From assembly GCA_017608385.1 (NCBI GenBank), contig JAFCFZ010000004.1:2253-66252 (forward strand): a DNA stretch of 64,000 nucleotides, in the 5' to 3' direction. The position numbers were made by a program, and so were the translations under genes. Below, piece after piece: positions 38,192 to 48,799 of the stretch. The notes under the pieces are model-generated. The model ran no database searches and was not told where the DNA came from. It saw only the letters and a program-made list of their open reading frames with translations. The DNA is from Candidatus Parvarchaeota archaeon. Its GTDB lineage: Archaea; Nanobdellota; Nanobdellia; B33-G15. Each line of letters begins with the position of its first letter. Position 1 is the stretch's first letter.

Positions 38192-39319
38192 TTGAGAAAG
38201 ATTATAAATCTGACATTACATTTTTTCTTCATGATTGTGATAATTTTAGGGACTAGAGCAGAGTTAATAAAAACGTTCCCCGTAATGCTTGAATTGAAAA
38301 GGAGAAAAGTAGATTATACCTTTATTCACTCTGGTCAGCATAATTTAGAAGAGTGGTGTAAAGTATTTGGAGTTAAAGAACCAGATATAACTCTTTCAAA
38401 ACCACCAGAAGGAACAACTAAATTTTGGGTTAGAACTCCTAAAGCAATATCTTGGTTGACAATGTTAATACCAAAGATATGGGTCACTATAAGAAGATTG
38501 AAACCAGATTTTGTGGTTTATCATGGAGATACTATGACTACCACTGGAGCATCAGTAGGAACTAGCAAATTCTTTAATCCAAGAAAGAAATGGAAAAATG
38601 TTCATTTGGAAGCAGGATTAAGGAGTGGATCATTATTTGAACCATATCCTGAAGAAATTTCAAGAAGAATAACAACTCTTTTTTCAGATATTCTCTTTGC
38701 TCCTTCAGAAATTTCAATGAAAAATTTAGGATCAAGAAAGAATAAATTCAATGTTGGTAACACAATAATTGACTCTGTTCTTTTTGCACTTAAAAAATCC
38801 AAGACCAAAACACCAAAAGGATATGTGCTTGTAACTGTACATAGACACGAAAATATTAAATCAAAAGAACGAATGGAGAAGATTGTTGAAATTCTCATAT
38901 CTGTTAAAAAAAATGTTTATTGGCCACTCCACGATAATACTAAAAAGATGATGCAGAAATTTGGACTCTTATCAAAGGTAGAAAAGAAAAAGAATATTCA
39001 TATTATTCCAGTAAAAAAATACATAGAATTCTCAAAATGGTTAAAGAATTGTGATTATATAATAACTGATGGAGGTTCTATTCAAGAAGAATCTATCGCA
39101 CTCAAAAAGCCATGCATACTATTGAGAAAGAAGACAGAGAGAGTTGCTGGTTTAGATACAGGAATTAATTTTTTGACAGGATTGGATGTTGAAAAGACAA
39201 AGACAATAATCAAAAAGTTAGAGAATTTCAAAGTTCCAAAATTCAAAAACCCCTATGGAGATGGGACTTCTTCCAAACAAATTGTAGATATTCTTCAAAA
39301 ATTTAAGAAATTAAAATAA
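38192..39319 (+). CDS. wecB: UDP-N-acetylglucosamine 2-epimerase (non-hydrolysing). The start is probably MIVIILGTRAE near 38231
   Basis: ILGTRAELIK...IHSGQH N-terminal epimerase_2 motif, and C-terminal GGSIQEE. Confidence 0.8.
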   Translation: MRKIINLTLHFFFMIVIILGTRAELIKTFPVMLELKRRKVDYTFIHSGQHNLEEWCKVFGVKEPDITLSKPPEGTTKFWVRTPKAISWLTMLIPKIWVTIRRLKPDFVVYHGDTMTTTGASVGTSKFFNPRKKWKNVHLEAGLRSGSLFEPYPEEISRRITTLFSDILFAPSEISMKNLGSRKNKFNVGNTIIDSVLFALKKSKTKTPKGYVLVTVHRHENIKSKERMEKIVEILISVKKNVYWPLHDNTKKMMQKFGLLSKVEKKKNIHIIPVKKYIEFSKWLKNCDYIITDGGSIQEESIALKKPCILLRKKTERVAGLDTGINFLTGLDVEKTKTIIKKLENFKVPKFKNPYGDGTSSKQIVDILQKFKKLK

Positions 39320-39320
39320 T

Positions 39321-39659
39321 TTATTTTTTTGATCTTTTTATTGCTGTTTCTGTAACAATTTTTTTCTGTCGCTCTTCTAATTTTCTTAAATGAGTGTGGA
39401 TGTAAAATAAAATAGAAAATGTAACCAAGAACCCAACTATTACAAATAAGTCTAAGGCTCTTAATATTCCAAATACCTCAAAAAAGGAGCCAAGATAGAG
39501 TACTTCTGGGAAGAGACTTGCGAATATTGCTGAACTCCATATTAACAACCATAATACAAAATCATTTCTACCTATTTTTTTCTTTTTGAAATTGATAAAA
39601 GCATTATATAACATAAATACACAAAAAATAGCAGCCAATATTTGAATTGGAGTTATCAT
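39321..39659 (-). CDS. DUF2304-like small membrane protein, partner of a GT2 dolichol-phosphate glycosyltransferase
   Basis: 3-TM protein of 112 aa immediately downstream of the GT2 gene, overlapping it by 4 nt. Confidence 0.45.
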   Translation of the reverse strand: MITPIQILAAIFCVFMLYNAFINFKKKKIGRNDFVLWLLIWSSAIFASLFPEVLYLGSFFEVFGILRALDLFVIVGFLVTFSILFYIHTHLRKLEERQKKIVTETAIKRSKK

Positions 39660-40381
39660 ATCATTAACCTCAAGATAAACATTTTTAAACTTATTTCAAT
39701 CCCATCAAATGCAGTTATGCCTTTGTATGTTTCATTGTAAATAGTTTTAATTGGAACCTCATGAATCTTTATTTTTTTTGCAGCAGCTCTAACCAACATT
39801 TCTGTCTCAACAAAATATCCATCTGCAGACCATTTAATTTTGTCATAAATATCTAAACTCATTGCTTTGTATCCAGATTGAGTATCATTTACTTTTACTC
39901 CAAATAAGATCTTGAATAGATTACTTATTGTTGAATTTCCAAACCTTTTGATAAAAGGCATTTTTTTGTCAAACTTTCTTGTACCTTGAATTATCTTTGC
40001 ACCTTGTTTTATTTTATTTTTAAATAAAGGAATTTCAGAAGGATCATGTTGATTGTCTGCATCAACAAAAATAACACTTTTTGCATTCATTTGTTTGGCT
40101 TTTTCAATACCTGTTCTCATTGCGGCGCCTTTACCGAGGTTAACAATATGTTTTAAAACAATAGCTCCATTTTTCTCAGCAATTTTTGATGTTTTATCTT
40201 TAGATCCATCATCCACAACAATTATTTTTTTAACAAAATTTTTTAGACTTTTAATTACATTTTCTATATCCTTTTCTTCATTATGTGCTGGAACTATTGC
40301 AATTAACATAGATCTAGGGAAACAAACTTTTCTTTTATTTTTATCTGGACAATCGAAAGTTATAATAAACTGCATCAACAA
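39656..40381 (-). CDS. GT2 polyprenyl/dolichyl-phosphate hexose synthase-like glycosyltransferase. The start is probably MLIAIVP near 40309
   Basis: IAIVPAHNEE...VVDDGSKDKT...VDADNQHDP (DxD). Confidence 0.75.
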   Translation of the reverse strand: MLMQFIITFDCPDKNKRKVCFPRSMLIAIVPAHNEEKDIENVIKSLKNFVKKIIVVDDGSKDKTSKIAEKNGAIVLKHIVNLGKGAAMRTGIEKAKQMNAKSVIFVDADNQHDPSEIPLFKNKIKQGAKIIQGTRKFDKKMPFIKRFGNSTISNLFKILFGVKVNDTQSGYKAMSLDIYDKIKWSADGYFVETEMLVRAAAKKIKIHEVPIKTIYNETYKGITAFDGIEISLKMFILRLMI

Positions 40382-40398
40382 GTCTAAAAAATTGGGAA

Positions 40399-41880
40399 AT
40401 GGAAAGAAATGGAGTCGATTTACCAGGATTGAAGGAAATTCTTATTCAACATAAGTTTTTGATAATAATAATTCTTTTATCTGTTTTTGTTAGCACATTT
40501 TATTTTCAATTAACAAGTTTTTGGCCAGATGAGAGCCTATATATCTGGTTTGCAGAACACACAGTCCAAGAATTTGATAGAATTGCATACTTTGATACTT
40601 ACTTACCAATATTTTTGATGTCAACTATTTCTTGGATAGTTGGCCCTCAACTTGCTGGAAAATTAATTATTAGTCTTTTTTCTCTTTTAGGTCCTATTTT
40701 TCTTTATTTAATTGCTAAAGAAATGGGATGGAAGGAAATCTATGGTTTTTTTGCAGCTATATTGATGATATTAAATCCATATTATTTGTTTTTGAGCACC
40801 AAAATTCTCCTTGATGTTCCTTTAACAGCTGCAATCGTAATGGCCATTTACTTCTTTATTAGATTTGAAAAGAACAGAAATCAAAAAAATGCAATAATTG
40901 CAGGAATTTTCTCAATAATGCCCTTATTCATTAAAATTGCTGGAATGTTAGTACCAATTATTTTTGCTGTTTATCTATTATTAGAACATAATAAAAAAGT
41001 GCTAGATCTGTTTAAAGACAAAAATTTCTTGATTTTTGGAGGCATTCATATTTTGTTTGTTGTACTCTTCTTCTCAATAAATCTAACTATCTTTGGAAGT
41101 CTTCTTCCAGGGACTCAAGGATTTTATTCTGAGGGACATATATTTACAGGAGAATGGAATTACTATTTATTGAATCTTCCAAATTATTTTATGGTTATCC
41201 CTGTAGTCCTATTGTTTTTTGGGTTGGGTATGTTATTTGTTAATTTTAAAAAATCAGAAAACAAGTTGATATTGATCTCGGGAATTTTTTATTTTATATT
41301 CTTTAGTTTCTTTGTAGGAGAAAAAGTCCCAAGATATATTCTTCCTGCGTTCCCCTTCTTTTTCCTTGCAATTGTTTATGGTATCTCTTTAATCAAATAC
41401 AAAAAATTTAAGGCAGAGTATTTGTTTTTATTGTTAATTCTCCTGTTTTGTTATGATTATCTCTCTGCTGCTAATGCATTAATTGATCAAAATAGCCGCT
41501 CATATACTGGTTTTCCTGAAGCAGGATCCTGGCTGTTTAATTATGCAACTTCAGATGATGTGATTTATGCAGGATCTTGGAGATCTATAAGAACATTTAG
41601 TGGCTTTGATAGGGATAATAATGGAGGGAACATACATATTATTCCAAAAAACTTCACCGAATTTTTAGAAACAGTAACAACTTCAGATAAGAGTATAATA
41701 TTAGTGATAGATGTTTGGGAATATACTCAGCCCGATTGGACATATCCACTTAATGAAGAAAAATTTGGAAATCTTATTTCATTAGGTTTTGAATTAGCCT
41801 ATATTGTTGATGAAAAAGTTTATGCAGGCGATTTAGAAGAATCACCAGTTGTTTTTATTTTAGTAAAACATCCTTCCTAA
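40399..41880 (+). CDS. GT-C fold membrane glycosyltransferase (ArnT/PMT/GT39-like)
   Basis: 493 aa. N-terminal polytopic domain with a D/E loop (FWPDESLY) and a C-terminal soluble domain. Confidence 0.6.
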   Translation: MERNGVDLPGLKEILIQHKFLIIIILLSVFVSTFYFQLTSFWPDESLYIWFAEHTVQEFDRIAYFDTYLPIFLMSTISWIVGPQLAGKLIISLFSLLGPIFLYLIAKEMGWKEIYGFFAAILMILNPYYLFLSTKILLDVPLTAAIVMAIYFFIRFEKNRNQKNAIIAGIFSIMPLFIKIAGMLVPIIFAVYLLLEHNKKVLDLFKDKNFLIFGGIHILFVVLFFSINLTIFGSLLPGTQGFYSEGHIFTGEWNYYLLNLPNYFMVIPVVLLFFGLGMLFVNFKKSENKLILISGIFYFIFFSFFVGEKVPRYILPAFPFFFLAIVYGISLIKYKKFKAEYLFLLLILLFCYDYLSAANALIDQNSRSYTGFPEAGSWLFNYATSDDVIYAGSWRSIRTFSGFDRDNNGGNIHIIPKNFTEFLETVTTSDKSIILVIDVWEYTQPDWTYPLNEEKFGNLISLGFELAYIVDEKVYAGDLEESPVVFILVKHPS

Positions 41881-42806
41881 ATTTTTTTCAGTTCTCTTAG
41901 AGAAATAATATCTACAAACACATTATCAATTCTATCAAGGAAACTCAGTAAGAGAGCGTTTTCTGGTGGAATTCCAAACAATGAAAAACCAATAATAACC
42001 ATTCCTTCAAACAAACCCAAACCCGCTGGAGTTATTGGGATAACTCTTATTGCTGTCAATAAGGGATGCATTAGGAAAAATACTAAGAATGGAAGTTGGA
42101 TATTACAAGCATAGCCTATTAAAGTCCATTCAACCCCCCTTATGATCCACAATCCTACTGCAAATAATATTAATTGAGGTATTTTGTTCTTCATTTTTCT
42201 GAATGGAGCTTTCATATCACTTATCATTTTATGGAGTTTTTCCCCAAAAAAAGGAATCATTAGCATTATTCTATCAAAAATAGGAAAATCTTTCCAAAGA
42301 ACAATGAAAAATGCGAGTGGTAAACTTGCTACAAACACAATACTTAAACTTCCCCAAAAAATCAATTCTCCTCCACCCAAATAAGCTATTATGAAGATAA
42401 TTGCAAGAACAGCACCCATTGCCTTAACTATGAAATCTGTTGATGTTACTAAACCAACAAGACTTAATCCATCAGATACAGGAAGTTTAATTTTCTTTTT
42501 CAAACTGTAAACTACACTCAAGTATCCTGCTCTCCCTGGTGTTATATTACTCCACAACATTCCAAAAACATGGGTCCAAAAAGATTCTTTCATACTTAAT
42601 TTATACCCAATCCATTTGATTGAAAGATAAAGTCTAATAGAAGCAAGACTATCAAGAAGAAAATATGCAAAGATAGCAAGACCAAGATAGAAAATATTTA
42701 TTTTAACAGCTTCCGAAACTAGTTTTCCAGGGTCAACAACCCCAAAAACCAGATAGGTTATTAAAACAATTCCAAATACAAGTTTTAGAATATCCCATTT
42801 ATCCAT
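41877..42806 (-). CDS. UPF0104 / flippase-like (LPG-synthase TM-type) membrane protein
   Basis: 309 aa polytopic protein. Its topology and its position next to a GT2 gene are typical of UPF0104. Confidence 0.5.
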   Translation of the reverse strand: MDKWDILKLVFGIVLITYLVFGVVDPGKLVSEAVKINIFYLGLAIFAYFLLDSLASIRLYLSIKWIGYKLSMKESFWTHVFGMLWSNITPGRAGYLSVVYSLKKKIKLPVSDGLSLVGLVTSTDFIVKAMGAVLAIIFIIAYLGGGELIFWGSLSIVFVASLPLAFFIVLWKDFPIFDRIMLMIPFFGEKLHKMISDMKAPFRKMKNKIPQLILFAVGLWIIRGVEWTLIGYACNIQLPFLVFFLMHPLLTAIRVIPITPAGLGLFEGMVIIGFSLFGIPPENALLLSFLDRIDNVFVDIISLRELKKI

Positions 42807-43458
42807 AGAAAAACTTCAATCTTATTACATCTATAAACATTTTCCCTACTTCAAGAACCCCAAAACTTCTTTTTTTTCTTTGATTCCATTTTCCTTTAAC
42901 CTCTTTGATTTTGTAACCTTCTTTTTTAGCTTTGAAAACAATTTCTGTGTCAAATGACATACTTGAAGTCTCAAAATTAATATTTTTTAGAACCCGTTTA
43001 TTTATTTTTTTGAATCCGCTTTGCACATAATCTAAGTTTAATCCAAAAAAGAGAAGAATAACAGATTTATATAGAAGGCTTAGTGACCCCCTAATATTAA
43101 AACCTCTTTCATAACCTGAGAGAATCACAATGTCTCCCTCAGAATTTAATAATTGTTTGATAAATCCTTTTCCTGCTGCAAGATCAGCATCCATCATTAT
43201 AATATCTCCCTTCGCCTTTTCAAAACAGAATCTAAGACCATATCCCTTACCTCTTCTTTTTTCAAAAGAAAAAGATCTGAGCTTTTTGTCTTTTTTAGAT
43301 AAATTTTCGATGATTTTATCTGTTCCATCTGTGGATCCATCTTGTTCTATAATTATTTCATAATTTACTTTTAGTTTTTCTAATTCTGATTTGACCTGCT
43401 TGTAGGTTTTTTCAATCCAATCAGCTTCATTATAACAGGGAATAACTATTGAAATCAT
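42799..43458 (-). CDS. GT2 glycosyltransferase (GtrB / Dol-P-Glc-synthase-like)
   Basis: ISIVIPCYNE...EQDGSTDGT...MMDADL motifs. Confidence 0.75.
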   Translation of the reverse strand: MISIVIPCYNEADWIEKTYKQVKSELEKLKVNYEIIIEQDGSTDGTDKIIENLSKKDKKLRSFSFEKRRGKGYGLRFCFEKAKGDIIMMDADLAAGKGFIKQLLNSEGDIVILSGYERGFNIRGSLSLLYKSVILLFFGLNLDYVQSGFKKINKRVLKNINFETSSMSFDTEIVFKAKKEGYKIKEVKGKWNQRKKRSFGVLEVGKMFIDVIRLKFFYG

Positions 43459-44468
43459 AGACCAAGACCCAATAATACAAAACCAAGGGAAATAAATCCA
43501 ACTTCAAGAAGAATTATTGAAAGACTAATCTGCCATTCATTCATATTAAATCTCATAAATAAATGATTTAATGAGTAAATCTTTTTTCCATAAGGTGATT
43601 TTAAAATTCCATCTTTCGATATTTTTCCTAGACTCCTTGCACTGAATTTTTTTCTTGCCTTTAAAATCCATTCGATTATATATGGTGCAAATAAAATTAC
43701 TCCAAATTTTTCCATATTTCCTGCAATTATAATTCCAGCAAATAAAGCACCCAATAAATAAGTCAGACTGTCCCCAGGTAAGATTTTAGCAGGATACCAA
43801 TTAAATATCAAAAATCCTAAGCAAGAGATACTTGTGATTATTGCAATTACTGCCACCTCTATTTGATTATTTATCAATGAAAATATTCCCAACGCCATAA
43901 AAGAAACAAAACCTAATCCTGATTCTAAACCATTGGTTCCTGCAAGCATGTTTTGGGCATTTGTTACAAAAATAACTGCTAATGGGATTATGATAAGCGG
44001 GTATAGGATTCCAAAATCAATTGTACCCATAATAGGAAAAGACATTTGGTAACTTCCAAGACCTAAGGCAACAAAAGGAATTGAGATAAGAAGCGTAAGA
44101 ACAGGTTTTTGCCATTGTTTTAAACCCTTTCTTATTTGAATTTCTCCCTTTTGTTCATGTTTTCTATCTGTATGAATATCATCTAATAGTCCTATGAACA
44201 CTCCAATAAATGCAGATACTAGTAAAACAAGAACTATCGAAATATCAATAACATCACCAACCAAAAATTTATTGAAGAATAAGTAGGATAAAACACCAAT
44301 TAATATTCCAAACATCAAACAAACTCCTCCGCTTGTTGGGAGAACTGGCTTTTTTCTTTTTTGTTGATCAATACCAACTATCCCAGAACTTTTGAAAATA
44401 TCTTTCATCCATAAAGTAATAATAATTGTAGACACAAATCCAACAAGGATTGATAATATTAGTATCAT
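43455..44468 (-). CDS. aglH: Polyprenyl-phosphate N-acetylhexosamine-1-phosphate transferase (MraY/WecA/AglH family)
   Basis: NAQNMLAGTNGLESG motif and 10-11 TM helices. It lies immediately upstream of aglB. Confidence 0.8.
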   Translation of the reverse strand: MILILSILVGFVSTIIITLWMKDIFKSSGIVGIDQQKRKKPVLPTSGGVCLMFGILIGVLSYLFFNKFLVGDVIDISIVLVLLVSAFIGVFIGLLDDIHTDRKHEQKGEIQIRKGLKQWQKPVLTLLISIPFVALGLGSYQMSFPIMGTIDFGILYPLIIIPLAVIFVTNAQNMLAGTNGLESGLGFVSFMALGIFSLINNQIEVAVIAIITSISCLGFLIFNWYPAKILPGDSLTYLLGALFAGIIIAGNMEKFGVILFAPYIIEWILKARKKFSARSLGKISKDGILKSPYGKKIYSLNHLFMRFNMNEWQISLSIILLEVGFISLGFVLLGLGL

Positions 44469-46927
44469 TGAGTTTCAATCTCCGTGTAGTTTATTTTCCA
44501 TATTTGAACATGAGTTTGTCCTTGACTTAATATCCCTTGAATATCAAAAGGAACTCCATTTTCATAAATCTTCTCAAATCCAGGAATAGTTTGGTTAAGT
44601 ACATACAACTTTGTAAATAACATATCCTTTGTTTGGTAAGGAACGAATATAATTCCTTGTTCAATTGGCACTACACAGGCGGGGAATCCTTCTTCTCTAA
44701 TAACTGTACAATTCCCATTTCTTTCACAAACACACCCAATTTTAATATTATAATTTCCAAATCTCTGATTAACAAGATAAACATAACTTTCATTTAAGAA
44801 GACTTGATCTCCTACAGTTGGTGTTATCAGATTAACAACAAATGTTTCTCCTGAGGACCATAATCTATTATCAATTCTCAGGTCAGTAAAAGCTGGAGCA
44901 CTTCCTGTTGTTGCAGTCAATACATAAGCAAATTCATACTCCGTATCAAATGGATTTTTTGTTTTTTGATTAAAGTAAAAGGGAGTAAACCAAACATTTC
45001 TCTCTGCGATTCTTTGGATTTGGTAGAATTTTGGAATATCATCATCAATAATTAACAGATAATTTGGATTTCCATAATGATCAAGGATGTTCTTTATTTC
45101 AGTCATATTATCTGAAGTAAAGAAGTGTCTAGCAATTTTAAATGGACTCTCATAATTACCTCCATCTAATACAGTTGCCCTTTCTCCCAAAGTCTGAACC
45201 CAATACCCATAATCCCACCAATGTAAGAAAACAGAATCTGTTTCTGTTTGAGTGCTTATCCAGTCAAATGCAGGGATCCAACCATCAACTATGTTAGTCC
45301 AGAAACCAGTTGAAACAGTAGAATAGGCTTGAGACATTGTTGATAAGATTATTAATGCAGCAACAATAAATATTGGAATTCCATATATTTTGTCTTTTGT
45401 TGCTTTTTTGATCTCATCATATCCCTTTATCACAAACAATCCAGCCATAGCACATATCATTGGTGCTGCAGAGAAGAGATTTCTTACTGCTCCTCTCGCT
45501 GAGAATACAGTGAATATTGTATAGATGAATATAATGAAAAGACCAGGGCTGATTTTTTTGAATTGCTCAGGTTTTCTGAAATAAAATATACCTAATAATA
45601 TTATGAAACCAAATAAAGCATAAACATATGCTGATGAAAATAAACCATTCCAAAAAGTAAATGCAGGATCTGGACTAAATCTACTAAATACAACAAATAT
45701 GAAAAATATGGCTGTGCTTAAGGATAGGAGATATCTTTCTTTGAAATTCTTGAATATAAAGAAACCAAGTAGATAAGTTCCACCAAAAAACAAGAATATT
45801 GTGAATCCAATACTATCCCACCAATTAACTGTCCCTCCATAGAAATAAGGTGGTTGGTTTTCAGCAACAGATTGAGCTACCTTGGAACTACTCAATCCTA
45901 TTGGTTGTAAAAGAGTTGATTGGAACCAATTTGTAACAGTTTGAATATAATCAAATCCTACTATTAATGTTGCAATCAAAGCACCAATAAGACCCCAAAT
46001 AAGTATAGAGAAAACTCCATGTGGAATCATTTTAGAAGGTTTGTACTTCTTTATATGAGGATAAAAGAATACGTGACAAAATGAGATAAATAAGGCAAAA
46101 ATAGGAGGCATTAACATTGCATTTTTGTAAAAATTAATTCCACCATATCTATGACTTATTATAGAAATGAAAGGCACTAAGAAAATGAACCAAACAAGGA
46201 AAGTTGAGAACTTTTTTTTATCAATTCTATCAATTAATACTTCAAATATCATGTAAACTGCGATTGATTCAAAAGCAAAGATAACTGCTCCCCAACTTAA
46301 TCCACACAAACCTGTTGAAATTCCTGCTAAGGCTGCATAAATCAATTTTTTTTTCTGATCCTTTTCTCTTAACGACCTGATAAAAAAGAGTAGTGTTGAA
46401 AAAATTAACAAGACCGCTATAGCTTCTTTATCTGCAAATCCTGCACTTGTTCTAAATAAAAATGAAGGTATGAATGAAAGAAATGCTGTGGCAATTAGAG
46501 CTACTTTCTTATCATCAAATATTTCATCAATTAGGAAAAAGAAGGCAATAAAAGATAAGGCTCCGAAAATAGCTGGATAGAGTTGGAATATTTGCATTAA
46601 TGTTGTTCCAAATAATGCATTAGCAACATAATATATCCCTACATTCACATAAGAATGTAAAATTCCTTCATGAAAAACATCAAAACCAGTTGGCCAATAC
46701 CTCATAGTATCATTAGCGGGAAGATATCCATTGTCAATTATTTGTTGACTATATCTATAGAAAACATAAGGATCCAAACCCATCAATTGATCATAAAGAT
46801 GAGGTAAGTTTGATATTCTTATGAAAAAACCAACAGCAATTAATGCAAAAAGAGCCAGATAAACAGATTTATCTGGATTCTTCTTAATCCAATTAAATAC
46901 TTTGGTTAACTCAATTTCTTCAATCAT
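44465..46927 (-). CDS. aglB: Archaeal oligosaccharyltransferase AglB (STT3 family)
   Basis: WWDYGYW motif. 820 aa with a polytopic N-terminal domain and a soluble C-terminal domain. Confidence 0.9.
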   Translation of the reverse strand: MIEEIELTKVFNWIKKNPDKSVYLALFALIAVGFFIRISNLPHLYDQLMGLDPYVFYRYSQQIIDNGYLPANDTMRYWPTGFDVFHEGILHSYVNVGIYYVANALFGTTLMQIFQLYPAIFGALSFIAFFFLIDEIFDDKKVALIATAFLSFIPSFLFRTSAGFADKEAIAVLLIFSTLLFFIRSLREKDQKKKLIYAALAGISTGLCGLSWGAVIFAFESIAVYMIFEVLIDRIDKKKFSTFLVWFIFLVPFISIISHRYGGINFYKNAMLMPPIFALFISFCHVFFYPHIKKYKPSKMIPHGVFSILIWGLIGALIATLIVGFDYIQTVTNWFQSTLLQPIGLSSSKVAQSVAENQPPYFYGGTVNWWDSIGFTIFLFFGGTYLLGFFIFKNFKERYLLSLSTAIFFIFVVFSRFSPDPAFTFWNGLFSSAYVYALFGFIILLGIFYFRKPEQFKKISPGLFIIFIYTIFTVFSARGAVRNLFSAAPMICAMAGLFVIKGYDEIKKATKDKIYGIPIFIVAALIILSTMSQAYSTVSTGFWTNIVDGWIPAFDWISTQTETDSVFLHWWDYGYWVQTLGERATVLDGGNYESPFKIARHFFTSDNMTEIKNILDHYGNPNYLLIIDDDIPKFYQIQRIAERNVWFTPFYFNQKTKNPFDTEYEFAYVLTATTGSAPAFTDLRIDNRLWSSGETFVVNLITPTVGDQVFLNESYVYLVNQRFGNYNIKIGCVCERNGNCTVIREEGFPACVVPIEQGIIFVPYQTKDMLFTKLYVLNQTIPGFEKIYENGVPFDIQGILSQGQTHVQIWKINYTEIETQ

Positions 46928-47733
46928 ATCACAACTTCCACTATACCTGCTATTATTAAGATTATGCTCGCTAAAATTACCATATCTACTGAATCTAGGA
47001 CTACTTCCATAAATTTCTGGGATTTGTAATCATGTCTTACTACTGCAGCAGAGATTATACCTCCAGCTATTGCTCCGAAAAAATAAGCTACCATTTCCAA
47101 AGTTCCATGAACCATATATGCTCCTAAAGCTAGAGGGACTGCTTGGAAATATGATGAAAAATTACCACCTAGAACAGCTATTTGTTGTCTTATTGTGTTC
47201 CCTATCGCTGTTCCAAGAACACTAGCATTCCATGTAAGAATGAATATTGCTCCTGCCCCATAAATAAATGAAAAAACCATTACAAAGAATAAAACCTTGA
47301 AATTATTGATAAGGATTATTTCAAGAAGATCCGAGGAAACTGCAGAACCAGTTACGCTAGAGATTGATCTTATTGTGTCTATTTGTTTGTCAAAGAATAA
47401 ATTAAAACTTGTTTCAGGAAGTACTGTGGAAAGTATTATGAAAAAAGTAAGCATTCCCATAAACATAAAGAATAAAATTGCCAAAACATCTATGTGAGTT
47501 TTAATAAATGGTTTACCAAAAACTATTTGCTCTCTTTCTTCTACTTTGAGAAGTTTAACTAAAGAAGGAATTGCTGCCATTGTAGTGAATAAAACCATTA
47601 CTAATGAAACGTCTGAAGGAAAAACAAGATATGCTAAAAAAGTTCCTACTGCAGCATAAAATATTGCTAGGAAAAATACATTCCATGGCCTACTTTTCAT
47701 GACCTTCAGATTCAAAATTGACTCTAAAACCAT
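46924..47733 (-). CDS. DUF95/SpoIIM-like membrane protein
   Basis: 269 aa polytopic protein. The family call rests on topology only. Confidence 0.35.
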   Translation of the reverse strand: MVLESILNLKVMKSRPWNVFFLAIFYAAVGTFLAYLVFPSDVSLVMVLFTTMAAIPSLVKLLKVEEREQIVFGKPFIKTHIDVLAILFFMFMGMLTFFIILSTVLPETSFNLFFDKQIDTIRSISSVTGSAVSSDLLEIILINNFKVLFFVMVFSFIYGAGAIFILTWNASVLGTAIGNTIRQQIAVLGGNFSSYFQAVPLALGAYMVHGTLEMVAYFFGAIAGGIISAAVVRHDYKSQKFMEVVLDSVDMVILASIILIIAGIVEVVI

Positions 47734-47736
47734 TTT

Positions 47737-48726
47737 TTATACTCCGTATTTTTTATTTAAAAAAATTCGTCTAGACCTTCCTCTGAACCCTTTTCCTGTT
47801 TCTTCAACATCCAAGACGCTTTTTTCTGATAATTTCTTAATATACATTCTAAATGCTCTTTGAGTTAAACTTCCTTTTTTTGAATAAATATCATATAATT
47901 CCCCTGTTGTTTTTCCTTGGTTACTTTTGATAACACCAACAATTATCTCTTCATTTTCAGTTAAAACAGGCTTTAATTTGAAATCTCCTTGTATTTTTTC
48001 GAAAATATTTATTTCAACTCTGTCTAAACCATCATTCTCCGCCCGTCTTGCAATTTTTTTTAATAAAAATAATCCATTCCTAACATCTCTTTTTAGAAAT
48101 GCTCTTCTTGAAACCTCTGTGATTAATTCAGGACTTAATGCGCTTGGCTTGAAGGCCATCTTAATTCTCCATTTGATTATGTCTTCCATCTGTTCAAAAC
48201 TATATGATTTGAATTCTATGTTTGTTAGGAATAATCTGGAACTAACTCGTGGTTCTAGTCTTAATATCCACTCTCTATTGTTTGTTATGAAGATAAATAT
48301 GGATTTTGTTTTTTCAATTAAAGGGTAAATATCATCAATTCTTTCTGCTTTATCTACTTCATCAAAGACAATTATCATGTTTCCTTTTTTTAGAATGTTA
48401 TTGATGATTTCATCAGTTCCCCTTCCTTTTCTTGGAACAGGAATTCCTACTTGTCTAGCAATTTCACCTAAAAAAGAGTGAGGTGTTTTGTAGAGCCAAC
48501 AATTCAAATAAACTGTTTTTATCCCATCAATTTGTGACAGAACATGTTTTAGTGTTGTGGTTTTTCCAACACCAGGAAGACCATGAATGAATAAATTATC
48601 TCCCTTTCTTTTTTGAAATATTGGTTTTATTGATGATTTTATCTGGTTGATCTCGTTTTCCCTATGAAAAATCTCAGAAGGGAGGAATTCAGAATCCAGA
48701 AATTCTTCTTTTCTTAACACAATCAT
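47737..48726 (-). CDS. orc1: Orc1/Cdc6 AAA+ replication initiator
   Basis: Walker A HGLPGVGKTTT, Walker B IIVFDEVD, and a C-terminal winged helix. Confidence 0.85.
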   Translation of the reverse strand: MIVLRKEEFLDSEFLPSEIFHRENEINQIKSSIKPIFQKRKGDNLFIHGLPGVGKTTTLKHVLSQIDGIKTVYLNCWLYKTPHSFLGEIARQVGIPVPRKGRGTDEIINNILKKGNMIIVFDEVDKAERIDDIYPLIEKTKSIFIFITNNREWILRLEPRVSSRLFLTNIEFKSYSFEQMEDIIKWRIKMAFKPSALSPELITEVSRRAFLKRDVRNGLFLLKKIARRAENDGLDRVEINIFEKIQGDFKLKPVLTENEEIIVGVIKSNQGKTTGELYDIYSKKGSLTQRAFRMYIKKLSEKSVLDVEETGKGFRGRSRRIFLNKKYGV

Positions 48727-48799
48727 TTATGTTAAGGCGTCATTAAAAGATTTTCCAATATCCGATATTCTTTTTAAAACCAATATTTAACTCTTTTTT

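Noticed and set aside
48727-48799. Replication origin immediately upstream of orc1/cdc6
   Set aside because: The region is only 73 bp and has no visible ORB-type inverted repeats. It is kept as a low-interest finding rather than annotated as a feature.
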